A stretch of 63,224 nucleotides of DNA, the filler included, from Reticulomyxa filosa (taxonomy: Eukaryota; Protista; Foraminifera), in NCBI GenBank assembly GCA_000512085.1. It is 18 parts of 18 records of this genome, joined end to end, with 100 filler letters (N's around TTAATTAATTAA, not from the genome) between each part and the next. Parts side by side here need not be neighbours in the genome. Positions count along the whole stretch, not along the records: positions 24,307 to 25,929 come from ASPP01022376.1; positions 26,030 to 27,521 come from ASPP01005023.1; positions 27,622 to 32,081 come from ASPP01008507.1; positions 32,182 to 34,447 come from ASPP01028090.1; positions 34,548 to 40,278 come from ASPP01018543.1; 13 more parts are not named here. One strand, 5' to 3'. Of this stretch, positions 24,307 through 37,546 are shown piece by piece; within the stretch, counting starts at the first letter, position 1, and every line of letters starts with the position of its first letter. The notes under the pieces were generated by a model, which was given only the letters and a program-made list of their open reading frames with translations, did not search any database and was not told where the DNA came from. Both the position numbers and the translations under genes were made by a program.

Positions 24307-25735
24307 AATTTTTTGTGACAAAAGTGAGACATTTGATACCCTCACAAACAGTACATTGCATAATAAATACAAACATATTCCTCATTTTCCAGCGATGCAA
24401 GCAGACTGGGGAAATAACATACGAATTTGTGGTCCCATACGAACGTACCATTGGAACTGAAAGAAATATAGTGTACCAAAGATCATTTCCAATGAAAATA
24501 TTGGCATTTCAGCAATTGAAAAACCTGGATTCCATCCATTCCTGTACAAAAGTAATTTTCTCATGCTTCATCGTATCCTAGAGGCCTTTTATCTAGCTCA
24601 ACAACCAATCAAAAAAATGAGTTGAAACACTTGTTGCATGAGGTGATAAACAACGGCTATTTGTACGATTTAATCGCTTCTCAAAATACAACAAATCTTC
24701 AAGAAGAAAAAGCAATTCATGAACATATTAAGCAGCAAATTCAGTACAATGAAAGTGATATCAATGCACTGATATTAAATGATAAAATATTAACAATTTT
24801 AAGTCACGCGAAACAAGTGTATCGCAGTGATGTTCACAGACACATGGGATATCCACTTGAATTGCATCATATTTGTGCAATATTGCTATATTGTGGAAAA
24901 TCCTGTAGTGCCAAATTCAGTTATGATCAAATGAATTTTAAACATTTCAGGTGGATTAAGTTGGACAGCTATTTGCAAAGTGCTATTACGATATTATCCA
25001 AACACGAAAGACGAGAAGAAAGTGAGATGGAATTATATTGTGAGCTAAAAAATTTTAAATTTGCAAATATTGATGAAATCAGTGCAGGATATTTCATCAG
25101 TTATGTAAGTACCACTAATATTTTACAAGATACACAAACATCTCAAACTGATTCGACGATGCATTTTACATTTCCATCCTTCCATGAGACGGGCCAAAAA
25201 AATATTTAGCTGTGATGTATCATGGATACTGCCTTTTAAAGACTGCCACGTTTTATTCTCAAGACCTCATGTTGAGAACCTGTATTACATATTCATCCAG
25301 TGGTATGCCAGAGTCGAGAGCGAAAATGAAAATACCCAGGTTATATTATTAACATGGAAGTACTATGACGCATTCATTCGATCGGTTATGAGAGTTAGCA
25401 CGGTGTTGAATCATTCTCTTGATCTTAATCTTATCAATATGGTATTAATAAATCAAGGGAGTATTAATAACGCAACTTTACTTTTGTCATCTTTCGAAAA
25501 ATGGAAAAAGGAAAATAACAATGAAGAACGATATATACAAAAGATAAACGAATTTGTGAAACAACGTTGCTGCAACCATCAAATTAACATGTTTTGTATT
25601 TTTATCCGCGAAAGAGCGAAGTTGTCACAAGACATTTTCACACTTGCAATTACACATAATATTATCAATGGATTGCCATTTACCGAGAAAGATAAGAATG
25701 CATGGATAACAAACGAAAACATATTGACCTCGTAA
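24307..25735 (+). pseudogene. ADP-ribosyltransferase (R-S-E type)-like family member, frame-broken
   Basis: AILLYCG...LYCELK...FISYVSTT...CILHFH...SCDVSWILPFKDCHVLF follows the ART strand order. Frame changes near 24460, 24615 and 25155. Confidence 0.6.
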
Positions 25736-26881
25736 AACCATTATTTTTTTTTTCAATTTATTTTGAAATTTTTTTTGCTGCCTGTTGTTCAATTCAAACG
25801 TAATTCTTTGTTGGATTGATCATTAACAATTTTTTTCTTAAAGAAAGATATTACAATAATTATTTTAGAGCGACAATAAATTAAGGGCTTATGATTCAAT
25901 TGTTTAGTTTATTTTACCAAAAAAAAAAANNNNNNNNNNNNNNNNNNNNNNNNNNNNNNNNNNNNNNNNNNNNTTAATTAATTAANNNNNNNNNNNNNNN
26001 NNNNNNNNNNNNNNNNNNNNNNNNNNNNNTGGAAAGGGATATTTATCTCTTTTTACAACGAGAATTGAGTGTAAAGTACCGTCCATAAATCATTTGTTTG
26101 TGTGTGTGTGTGTTGATTTTATCAATTTTCTCGTTCTTTGAGAAAGTCGGCTTGAAAGAAATTTTAAATAAAGAACAATGCTTTATAAATATTCTTTACA
26201 ATCCCTTTTACAATAATATCACCACAAGACAGTGTTTGAAAGGAAGGGTCAATTTCACTGCATCAATTGAATTACACAATTCAACTATCAATTGCAATTT
26301 TTCATCCAACCAATTTTATTGATATGTCCCCGTTTTTGATTGTCCAAAATTGTTAAAAAATTCTTTTCATTTGCCTGTGGGACGTCAGCTGCACTAAATG
26401 TAATACGAAAAGTTTTCCACCCGAAGAAAACTGCTTTTGATAAAACAATAGTGAATTAACAACTAACACAATAAAAGAAAGAAAAACAAAAACAAGAAGT
26501 GAAGAAAGTTGGTGAAGAAGTTTAGCCCACTGGGGGCTCCTCAAAGTTCGACCATCTACAGTATGGACTTGCCCTACATACCCAACTCTATTTTGATGAA
26601 ATAGTCCAACGAGATAAACTTGATTCTTGCAAACTAAATTAACAATTTTTTGTTTTTTCAATATTGCTTCTTATCCTATTTCGATAAAAATGAAGAAATA
26701 TGACGTCATGGCAATGTGATTCAACTCAATACTTATTTGTTGCAAGTAAAAAAGCGTTGTTTTTTAAACATATCTCTGGAAAAAACTGAAAATTTGCATG
26801 CTACATTTCTTTAAAATACTGACCACTTGGGGTTTGGAAAAGGGGGCAAAAACGGGCCAAAAAGAAAAACTAAACTCAATA

Positions 26882-27488
26882 ATGCGGAGTTGTGGTCATT
26901 TTGCATGCAAATGTTCTATTTTATTGATAATCTTATTGATTTCCTTTCATTTATCATTAAATGCAGTACAAAATATATGTTCTAATACTTTTCACACGCC
27001 TGTGGAAGTCGTGACCGAATGCCTTGGTAACCTTTTTGTTTAAAAAAAAGTTTGTTTTTTTAAAAAAAAAAATGTTTAAAAAAAATGGATCTAGTTGATG
27101 CGTCATTGCTTTTGAAGGAAGGACGATGCGACATCCAATGTCCACAATCGAATATAAATATGTCAGAGCTGTATATGGGTTGTGTAGGAATCCATAACGC
27201 CGCACACTGGTACAATGAGCAATGGAATGTGGGGTTAATAAAGAATGTCTGGAGAACATACATAATGGACTTGGATGCCATAGATGGGCAACAAAGGACA
27301 TGTTTAACATTGTCACTGTTGGTAACATTGTTGATCATTTATTATAAGGTCGACACTTCCACATGGGCTCGGTTCATCAAGCCATGGCTTTTCGCCATTT
27401 TCATTGTTAATCTAGTCATCATGCACTTGATTTTCCTCATTTTGGGTGTTCAAACCAAGTCCAGCTATTCTACTTTTTTCTCCACCGG
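26882..27488 (+). CDS. Hypothetical membrane protein with signal peptide and at least 2 TM helices, 3'-partial
   Basis: Hydrophobic N-terminus, intron about 27027-27094, Cys-containing ectodomain, then two hydrophobic helices. Confidence 0.5.
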
Positions 27489-27621
27489 AGTTTTGAGTTT
27501 TTTTTTTTTTTTTTTTTTGAANNNNNNNNNNNNNNNNNNNNNNNNNNNNNNNNNNNNNNNNNNNNTTAATTAATTAANNNNNNNNNNNNNNNNNNNNNNN
27601 NNNNNNNNNNNNNNNNNNNNN

Positions 27622-28242
27622 GATCGCAACCTCTTAGAGTGCCAAAAGTTATTAAAAATGCATTGTTTAAAGAAGAATTGAAATATGAATTTGTACATCA
27701 TCAAAAATTATATATTGATGCAAAAAAAATTGAAGACTTTTACAGATAATGTGACCAAGCGGCTTGGAGAAAATAAAAATCAGTATGACGCTCTAGTAAT
27801 GATCATATGTGGGCATGGTGATCGTGAAGGTATATTACTCGCAAGTGATGGAGGCCACATTACAATTGACAATATTCGAACCAAATTTGATGGCCATCAC
27901 ATAAAATTGTTTCAAAATTATCCTAAACTATTTATCATTAACACCTGTCGTGGCGAATCGCGCTCAGACGGCAGAAAAAATGTCATAACCCGAGGACTGA
28001 CATCCAAGCACAATGATACTAACTTTGTCATGCTATGGTCGACAACGAATGGATATAAGGTCGACGATACTTCATATTTTAGTAAAGTTGTGAAAGATAC
28101 TATTATTTCAAACTATAAGGATCATTCTTTACAACATATGTTGCAAAAAATCCGAGCAGATCTTCAGGAGCATGTCGAATGTTACTGCCCGGAATGCGAA
28201 ACTACTACTTATGACATTTTCTTTGAAGCTAAAAAAATATAA
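27622..28242 (+). CDS. Caspase-like peptidase C14 (p20+p10), 5'-partial, possibly a pseudogene
   Basis: DALVMIICGHG (catalytic His), PKLFIINTCRG (catalytic Cys) and p10-like FVMLWSTTNGY. Frame break in the T-run near 27738-27741. Confidence 0.82.
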
Positions 28243-28727
28243 AAAATTTTCAAAAATCATTTGCACCCTTTTCATCGCAATTTTGTTTATTTTTCTTGTG
28301 TGGTCGTTTGGTTATTATATGTTATTTCACTTCCAAATCTTCAACAGGTTGAATTGGAGATATGGACTTTGGTTGTTAATTTGTTGCCATTTCTCTTATT
28401 CTTTTTCGATGGACAAGCAACTTTTAAACATTAAACAAAATTTTGAGAGTTTAGCAAATGTTAAAGGATACTTAAACATTTCTTAAATCCAAAAAAATGC
28501 TGTTTTTATTTTATTTTTAATTTTTGCGGGATGAACTGACTAAAAAAAAGTTTAATAACAGTTGGCTGCTCAACATTCGAGGTTGTGCTTGCATTCTCTT
28601 TGCATGTAGAGAAAAAAATTTGAATCCAAAAACTGATCAAAATACAACAAAATTGGGTCACAAACATTGAAGATGAGCTTCCACAAGTGCTCACACTTGT
28701 AACACACAGCAAAGAGCGCTATATTGT

Positions 28728-31700
28728 TTACAAACCAAAAAGACCTTTTTTCTTTTTTTGGGTAGACTGATTTCCAGTAGTGTGAGCCGGATCGTCCAGC
28801 TTGATTTCTTTAACCCCAACCCAGATATTTTCAACTTCAATAGTAACCTGAATTTCTCCTTTTTTGTTTCCGAAAGTATTGTATTCTTTATCATACAACG
28901 GAAGCCATTTTTGGTGGATATTTTCCTGGTTTATGTCCACTTTCACTTTGTGTTGTCCAATCAAGTCATGACTGAACAATGAATCCCAATCCATCACTTC
29001 AATACTAATAATTAAGTGCTCTTTTTTGTGTTTTGTTTTGGACATGTTTGATTTTGAATGTGGGTAGAATTGGAAGACTGTAAATAAAGTAATGAATTAA
29101 AAGATTTAACTAGTTCTTTTAATGGCACGTAATGCGTTATCACTCAAGTCAAAGTCAATTGCTTGTTGCCAATTCGGATTCAATGTTCTTCTTATCACTC
29201 GCGTCGACTTGGTCGATCCATGGATCGTTATCCTCACATCTGGTACAAAGAAGACAATCAATCATTTTTATTTTTATTTTTTAACTACGAATAATAATAA
29301 TAAAAAACTAGCACAAACGAATGCATGATGCACACAAAGAAACAAAAGAGATTACGATACAAGGATCAGATGTGTTGCCCATATTCATCGCCGGTATATC
29401 TCTGGCCGAGTGTATAATGACCCTTAAAATTCCATTCATATTGCAAAAATCGACCAACTTTTCCAAACACAGTGCAAGCAACAACAAAGATCAATAAAAA
29501 ATAAAATTACGTATACATATACATATATATATATGCAATTATATATAATTGTATAACTAAAGGTTGTCTTTTTTTATCGGCAAATTGGACAAAGTTTTCA
29601 ACATAAGTTTGCGCTTCTTCATCCTGCCTGTGCGCCAAAACATGCAAAGTGGGATGATCATGACTTTTTTTAATGCGATGCCTGTCTCGAAGCATTTTGT
29701 GGTATTCTTGTGCTTGTGTTTGCAGTTTTTGTTGATCTTGTCGTTTCAGGTACTTTTCGCCTTTGATTTTTTTTTCAATGGCCTCACTTTCCCGTCGTTC
29801 CTTTTCCTTGTCCTTTTCTTCTTCTTGTTCGACACGCGCGGCCATGACAATGCAGTGTTGGCGGATGAGTTCATTAGTGGACGTCTTCATGAGTTGGACC
29901 ACACTAAAGTAGCTGTACAATGGGTGGGCGGGGTCTGTCAACGGACATCGCTTTTCGTCAAAGTCGATGGGATTGAATTCGCTGAACAAATCCAATACTG
30001 TCTGAAAGTCTTGTTCAACGGCCTCGCTGTCGCCTGCCGCAAACGTCCTCTTTGTGGGGCCGATCAGTACTTGACACATGCGTCGACTGTACACGCCCGC
30101 CAAACACGTCGTCAAACTACGCAAGTCCTTGCTTCGCAGGTCTTGCTCCCACACCACCAGATACTCGTACAATTTGTCCACCAAACCCAGCTTCTGCGGC
30201 GTCGTCGACTGCACCCTTCCTTGCATGTACAACTCAAACGAAAAAAAGTGCTGGTTCTGCACGTCCAGGCATTGTCGCGCAATGTGTTTTGCGCCGTTCC
30301 GCAAGGAGTTCCCTATCACCTCTTTGCAGTCCGTCACAAATTTGTGCGCAGAGTTTACCAGCTCGTCTCGATGGCTTTTGAATTTCTCTTGCAAATGCTT
30401 TTTCCCATCGTTTGATACCGTTCATTCATTTACATGGCATTCCAAACACATCACACATCACACATACACATACACATACACATACATATATGTAGATTAG
30501 TTTGTTTTTTTTTTAAAAAAAAAAAAAAATACCCGTTCTTTTGGTTCTTCCAAATCATCAATATATCGAAGCAAGCGAGGCCCCAAGTCACTCACCACTT
30601 CTTGAATGCGTGAAATGCTGGAATACTTGACACACAAATGTGTAAGCTCTTTCTTAAATTGTGTGTCTGTCAATAAGTGCCTTTCAACCAACCAATCAAA
30701 CAAACAAACAAATGCATAAAGTTACTTTTGACAAAATGAAATAAAAATAAAAAAAAAAATAACAAATGTCCGACATTTCTTTAATATGATCGGTATCGGT
30801 GGTCGCCTGACTTGTCGCGACATCTTTGACCACTTTGACGCCATGATTCACGACTTCGAACGTGGAGTACACAATGCCAAAGGCACGTCGATTGGCGTCT
30901 GCGATTTCCGTGACGCCTTTTCCAAGGCCTTGGATCATCTTCGAAGAAAGAGAGATCCGTTCTTTGTTCTTGGCTTCATTGACGCCGCTAGCGTTTGATG
31001 TGGTCTTCGACAGGTCGGCCGATCTTTGATTGATTTTATTTCCTTCGTCCGAGGTGTTGTCAAGTATCTATTGGCCGTCATAAAAAAGAGATTTGTAATG
31101 AAGAGTAAAGGGTATAATAACATAGCAAAATATAAATTGGCAAAGTTTATTAATATATGTGTATTATGTATTATGTATTATGTATTATGTATATATATAT
31201 ATATATTAATATTGTATAAATCAAAACGGCAATGTCAGCAAAAGAGGTATTGATAATCTTGAGAATGTAATCGATAAGGAAATACAATTGCTGATAAAAC
31301 TGGGTAGCGGTGGCCATGGCCTCGGCGGGAAATCCTTTGATATTGGCGAAATAAGCGGCAATTTCATTATCAATGAACAAGAACGAGTCTGTGACAAAGT
31401 GTGCCCACGTCATTTTGTTGTCTTCAAAGTCGTCATTTTTGGGTGCGGATTCAGCGTGTTCGTCCTTGGACAAGTACTCGTTGTCATCTTCTTTCATTTC
31501 ATTGGCCTTGGTCACGTCCGACTGCCATTTTTCCGTTTCCGCCGCTCTCACAATGGCATCTCCGGTGCGGCCCATCGACTTCTCCATCCAATTTTGCAGT
31601 CGGGTCTTCACCTCCAATTGCACAAAGCTGAATATTTGATCGACCTTTTGATGCGCCACCGACTCGCCAATTCGCTTCAGTTCATCCGCGGCGGCGCTTT

Positions 31701-31986
31701 CACCAAAGATTTCGTTGAGACTGCCACGGCGTGATATGGCGCCCACGGGCAGTGCCTCCAGCTCCAAGTCCTCGTCGTTGAACCCGCGCACCAGCTGCTT
31801 TTTCATTTCTTTGGCCTTTTCAAACTCCATGCGTTTGTACGTGCTGCACAAGGTCTGCAGCAGTACCTGCAGTCGATAAGAGCCCGCCAACAGCACACGG
31901 TACGAAGTGTCCAAGCTCTCGCTGTTCAGTGTCAAAATGCTGGATATGTCACTCACAAAATGAAGAGCCAAGGTTTCCATTCCAAC
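28728..31986 (-). CDS. Munc13/BAIAP3/PATROL1-like protein (MUN domain plus C-terminal C2), 5'-partial
   Basis: MHD1-like WMEK...IVRAAETEKW; MHD2-like VLIGPTKRTF...EQDFQTVLDLF...TLHVLAHRQDEEA; C2 motifs LRVIIHSARDIPAMNMGNTSDP, TRVIRRTLNPNW and EVMDWDSLFSHDLIG. Confidence 0.78.
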
Positions 31987-32043
31987 CTATGTATGTATAT
32001 ATGTATATGTATATCAAACAAATCGACTTTAAAATACACATAT

Positions 32044-32081
<38 letters not shown>

Positions 32082-32181
32082 NNNNNNNNNNNNNNNNNNN
32101 NNNNNNNNNNNNNNNNNNNNNNNNNTTAATTAATTAANNNNNNNNNNNNNNNNNNNNNNNNNNNNNNNNNNNNNNNNNNNN

Positions 32182-32332
32182 AGCAGGGACGACGAGTCGC
32201 AGTGAAGAGCCGCAGTGAAGACGAGCAGCAGAGGGAACGAGCGGCAGAGGGATCGAGCGGCAGAGGGATCGAGCGGCAAAGGGGACGAGAGGCAGAGTGA
32301 ACGAGCCGCAGAGGGAACGAGCCGTGAGAATG
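32182..32332. repeat. GC-rich 16-bp minisatellite (consensus acgagcggcagaggga), about 7 copies plus degenerate units
   Basis: Units from 32221: acgagcagcagaggga, acgagcggcagaggga, tcgagcggcagaggga, tcgagcggcaaagggg, acgagaggcagagtga, acgagccgcagaggga, acgagccgtgagaatg. Confidence 0.88.
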
Positions 32333-33322
32333 AGTCACAGGAAGAGCCATACCAATATAGTCGCACGGAGCATAATGACAAATAACCATCTATTTTTTTT
32401 TTATTTCAATGTATTTTTTTTTGTTTCCAATGCTTTTTTTTTTTTATTAATACAGTTGCTTTTTTTTATCAAAAAATAATACATTGTCGGTCTAGCATCG
32501 ACTAATAACATGATTCACAAAAAATAACATTGCAGGACTTCGTGTAGCAGGACACCATAACTATTAATTTATTTTATTTATACATTTTTGTTCTAATGTT
32601 TTTGCAATAACAACTCCTTCGTTTTTGGTCACACATTTTATCTTTTTTACCTTGAACAAGTTTCTTTATGATATACATCATTTTCGTTTTGATAAAAAAA
32701 AATAGAAAAACAACAAGAAGAAATCAATAATTGAGAGAACAACTAACGGAGTTTGTAATTAAAAAAAAAACACTACTAAAAGGTTTCCTTTTTGTTTTGA
32801 ACAGTAATACTTTTTTTAATTTGTAATTTCAAATTTATATTTTAATTTGTTTGTGTCATTCAAAAAATTAAAATATCTTCATAATTGAGAGGCCAAAGAG
32901 ATGAAAACCATACATACACTGAGAAGAGTGACAAACATTATTTATTATTTTTTACAATTTCAAAAATAAGAATTGAGTCAAGACAGAATTATTATAAATA
33001 CTTCAACAAATTTAAAATTTATTTGAATTGTGGATCTACAAAAGAGCAAGCTTTTTTGTAATGTTGTAGATCACTGTGAAGTGTTTTATTTTATCGGCAT
33101 AATAAGATTCCACTTCTTTTTATTTTATTGTGCGGAACGTAGAGTTACGTACATTTTTACCAAAACCAGAGCATATTAAATTTGGACTACAATCAACGTC
33201 TCTGGAAATAATCAACAGCATATAATCTATATGTTCGTTGAATATTTTATTTTCTGGCCATACCGAACACACCACAAACACCGTTTGACTTTTAAAAAAA
33301 CCCTTTTTGAACTTGGACTATT

Positions 33323-34338
33323 ATGAAAGGTTACAAGGTTAAACAACTACTCCGTTCAACAAATGGTAGTTTGTTGAGATCTGTTTGGCAACCACGTTTG
33401 AACTTCAGTACGACGAGTCGTCCTCTAAGCTCGCTCGTGTCATTCACGAAATTTCAAGACGTGGACCACTCGTACCAATTGACGTTAAATGATCTGGCAA
33501 CAAGGAACTGTTTATCGGTGGAATTGGTGTCATCAGCCATTTCACATTTGCAAAAAGCATCACAAATGGACGATTGTCGAATAATAGTCATCAACACCCC
33601 TGCCAATCACACTGTCTTTTCCTCAGGACACAATCTCAAGCAAATGCGCCAATGTGTCGAGCAACAAAATGAAGCCGAATGGAAACACATTTTTGAAATA
33701 TGCTCTGATTTGCTTATCAGTATTCAAAATCAACCTCAGCCAATTATCTCTTCTTTGCATGTTTCAAGCCGTCCTTTTATATACATATACTTTTTTTTTT
33801 TATATTTACAAAGTATACACATGAAGCCCCTTTTTTTTTTTTATTGAACCAAAAAATACGTTAAAAAAAAAAAAAGGGCATTGTGACTGCGGCAGCTTGC
33901 CAGATTGCAGCAGCATCCGATATGGCAGTATGCACAAAGGACACTACGTTTATGATTCCCGGACTAGCACTGGGCATCAACGCGAGCAGACCAGCAGCCG
34001 AGTTGGCCAAATCGATGGATAAAAGTGGAGTTAAATTGGGCATGGAAATGCTGTTGACTGGTAATACGATTTCTGCGGAAAAGGCTTATCAACATGGATT
34101 TGTCAACCATGTTTGTCAATCCTATGACGAAATGCAAGTATATTTAACACGACTATGTACTACTATTGCAAGTAAGTCCAAATTTGGGATTCAGCGCGGG
34201 AAAAAGTGTTTTTATGAACAATCCTCCCAACCCAACCTTAAAACCGCTTATCCGATTGCTAGTGAGTATATGGTCGAAGCAATGCTACACACTGATACCC
34301 AGCAAAAAATTCAAGCTTTCTTCAATAAGAACAAATAA
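33323..34338 (+). CDS. ECHDC3: Enoyl-CoA hydratase/isomerase, ECHDC3-like, mitochondrial
   Basis: Basic/Ser-rich presequence, VFSSGHNLKQM, PQPIISSLH-GIVTAAACQIAAASD (intron 33761-33876) and MEMLLTGNTISAEKA. Confidence 0.85.
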
Positions 34339-34547
34339 TTTTTTTTTTAATCTAGTTTTACAAGTAATATTCTTTTCTCTGTAAATGGAGACATCACTTT
34401 GTTGATAAAGTGCCATAATTTGATAATCAGAACAAATCCTCTATCGANNNNNNNNNNNNNNNNNNNNNNNNNNNNNNNNNNNNNNNNNNNNTTAATTAAT
34501 TAANNNNNNNNNNNNNNNNNNNNNNNNNNNNNNNNNNNNNNNNNNNN

Positions 34548-35821
34548 CACCACCATAATCGGCCTGAATCTTTTCCAATAGTCTTTCATTTCCTTTCAAA
34601 CTGGGAGGTTTCACCACTGTAATTTCATACTTTTGTAACTTGGTCACCAAATTGGTTATCTCCACACTATTCATTGCATTCTCACTCCTTTCTCTCAAAT
34701 CCTCCAAACTCGTCGCATGCTGTCTAATCTTCTGTGCCCTCAACTCATACCAAATCCCCGTCCTAATGTTGTAGGACGCTTGGTAATTGTTATCCTGCAC
34801 ATGGATCACATTATCCTTTGTCGAAATCGAATATTCCGCATTATAAAACATTGCCTTCACAATCGATCCCACTGTCGATTCCCTGCAATCCGGACAACAA
34901 TATAACGCTTTGTCCGATGTAAATGACACTGCTTCAAATCCAATGTTTACCCATACCAATAGCTTGCCTTTTGCCGCCAAACAATTGCCATTCGTGCAAT
35001 AGCCCTGCAAATTGATCCCGGGCTTGGTTTCCCCAACTTCTTCTCTTTCCTGTTCTTTGTGCAACCTGTCATTCTTACCTTCCATTTCTCTCGACCCTTC
35101 GCTCATTGTCCTTGCTATATATTCGGCCTTGTCATTGTCCGATTGTTGTGTCACATAACTTACTCTTTGGCCAGAGACAGAGAGAGAAAGAGAGAGAGAG
35201 ACAAAGACAAAAGAAAGAAAACAAAAAAATATAACACCAACCCGTGAGTCAGATTTTCCACTTGCTCCAACTTTTGCTCTGTTTCTAGTGAATCATATCT
35301 AATCTGTAATATATATATATATATATATATATACATACATATATATGTATATGCATATATATATCCCGATAATAATAATAAATAAATAAATACACCGTGT
35401 ACCAACAATCTCGAAATTTGCTCGATCACCATAGAGATATTACCATTGTTGTCTTCGAGTGCTTGTCTCAGTTCTTCTTCTGTAATTATATCGCCACACA
35501 ATCGTGTCAATGCTTTCATCTCTTTTGCATACTTGTCGTATTCACCTTTCGAGCTTGATGCATTTTGCATACCTCCAACAAGGTACATTTTACTACTACT
35601 CCAGTCGGTTATGTTTATATGTGTGTCTAGTCCTTTTTTGTTTGCTATGCTTGCTGGAGCTTTTTTTTTTTTTTGCTTAGGATATTACAAATACATTACG
35701 TAAATCTGTTTTACAAAAGCAAACACTCAACGCTCCCATCGGCCAATGCTTGATTTGAGACATGGACATCCAGTTCAACAGTTCCACGAATAATATCGTT
35801 TGTTGCAAGAGATAGTGACAT
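34548..35821 (-). CDS. Hypothetical protein with CUE/UBA-like helical domain and Cys4 Zn-binding domain, 3'-partial
   Basis: Multi-exon gene from ATG at 35821. Contains EELRQALEDNNGNISMVIEQI and PGINLQGYCTNGNCLA...VWVNIGF...CPDC. Confidence 0.6.
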
Positions 35822-36211
35822 GTATTAGCTTCCGAATATACCAACAGTCAAAAACCTTTGTAAAAACTGTATAAATTTTTGATCGGTGCTACTATTGCAA
35901 TCAACAATGACAAAATGTTCTAAGATTCAAGTTTTGAAAACACTGAAACAAGACAAACAAATAAACAAAAACCCAAATTTTAAAAAGTCTTTGGAAATTT
36001 TGCAAAAATTATCTGCGAATAAGAAAAGTAACTATTTTTTGAAGGATAAAGTTTTGGTCTCAATGTACAACACAGTGTGAACGTAAAATAATCAAAACAA
36101 CAAGACAATATTTGCTTGTGACAGCTCCAAAAAAAAAAAAAGAGTGTGGCACGTTATGTGCATGCATGTGTTTTATACAAATGAAGAGAAGTGTCAATGA
36201 CAAAAAAAAGT

Positions 36212-37514
36212 TTAATCCGGTGAGGCAATGACAAGTTGAATGTCCCAAGTCTGACACGTGAAGTGTGAGGACTTTTCTTTCCAATTAAATTCTTTTCGAA
36301 AAGCAAAGGAAGAAGCACGTTTATGCGTAAGTTTCAAAATGCCCTCATCATGTTCCAAAGTGCCTCGCCAAATCCATCCTCCTTGAAGAGACGAATTTTG
36401 GGATGAAGGATCCGCCATTTCATCAAATGTGTCATTATCATTGTCATTGCCATTAGTGTTATTATTATTATTGTTATTATTATTATTGTCATTGTTATGA
36501 TTGGCATTTATATTCAATGCTCCAGTGGCGGAAGGGTCAGACCGATCCAAGTGCAATCGAAGATCTCTTCGAAAGAACTCGAATACTTTGTCTTGATTTT
36601 TTTCATCGACATCATCATCCGAATGAGGTCCGACAGAAGAGGACTATTAAAGTGCACACTATTTTTTTTTTTTTTGTTGAGTGGTTGGAGGCCGAGAGAA
36701 TGCATACCTAAGGTAAGCACACATATAATAAAGCGTAGATACAAAACAGTGAGTTCCATTTCAGTGTCATTCCAAGGCCCACACAAAACAAGGCTTTGCG
36801 GGGAATGCGGCACGCCAAGGGCGGCATGCATCCACGCGCAGTGCCATTGCACCAAACACCCGAACACAGCAATGGAATTGGAAGCAGCTGTCACGTGTTT
36901 GGGCGACGACGACTGGATTTGCTGTTGCAGTTGCTTGTTGGTGCGCTCGTCGGTGCTGAACCCCCATTTCAAGGATATCACACAGTCCAGAATTTTCCAC
37001 TCGGCAAATCGCAACGGCGGCGTCAGTCTCGGGTCGAACAGTTGTGTATAGCGATCGATGTTGTAATACACTTGTGCGAAATTTGCGGATTGGTTTGGCA
37101 GTTTACTCGCAATATAATCGAACAACTTTTTTTTTTTTTTTAAAAAAAAAATTTACATTTACATTTTCTTTTTTAAAAAAAAAAAAAAAAAAAGATGAGA
37201 TTAAAAAAAAAAAACTGACATGGAAAGGGTGCAACGAGATAAGCGATTGTTGCCTCAACGGTGCATTGTGCGGAATGTCGACTTCAATCTTTTCAATACA
37301 TTGGCCATACTCCAACACCTGTTTCCATTTCCCCAAAATGCAACAGCATTGAAAACATCGCACTGTCCAATTTTCCTTAATCTTCTTGTCTTCTTTTCTC
37401 TCGTCTTCTATCCCATGCATCCATTTGTATAAGTCCATAAACTCCTTCACTGATCGACTGTGGAATACACATACAAGTATTAGTCAATTATTATTATATA
37501 CATTACTTTGTTTA

Positions 37515-37546
<32 letters not shown>

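Noticed and set aside
29564-30415. Long antisense ORF (283 aa) overlapping the Munc13-like exon, and similar ones at 10793-11431 and 50303-50809
   Set aside because: These are shadows of GC3-rich or repetitive sense codons, with no protein features.
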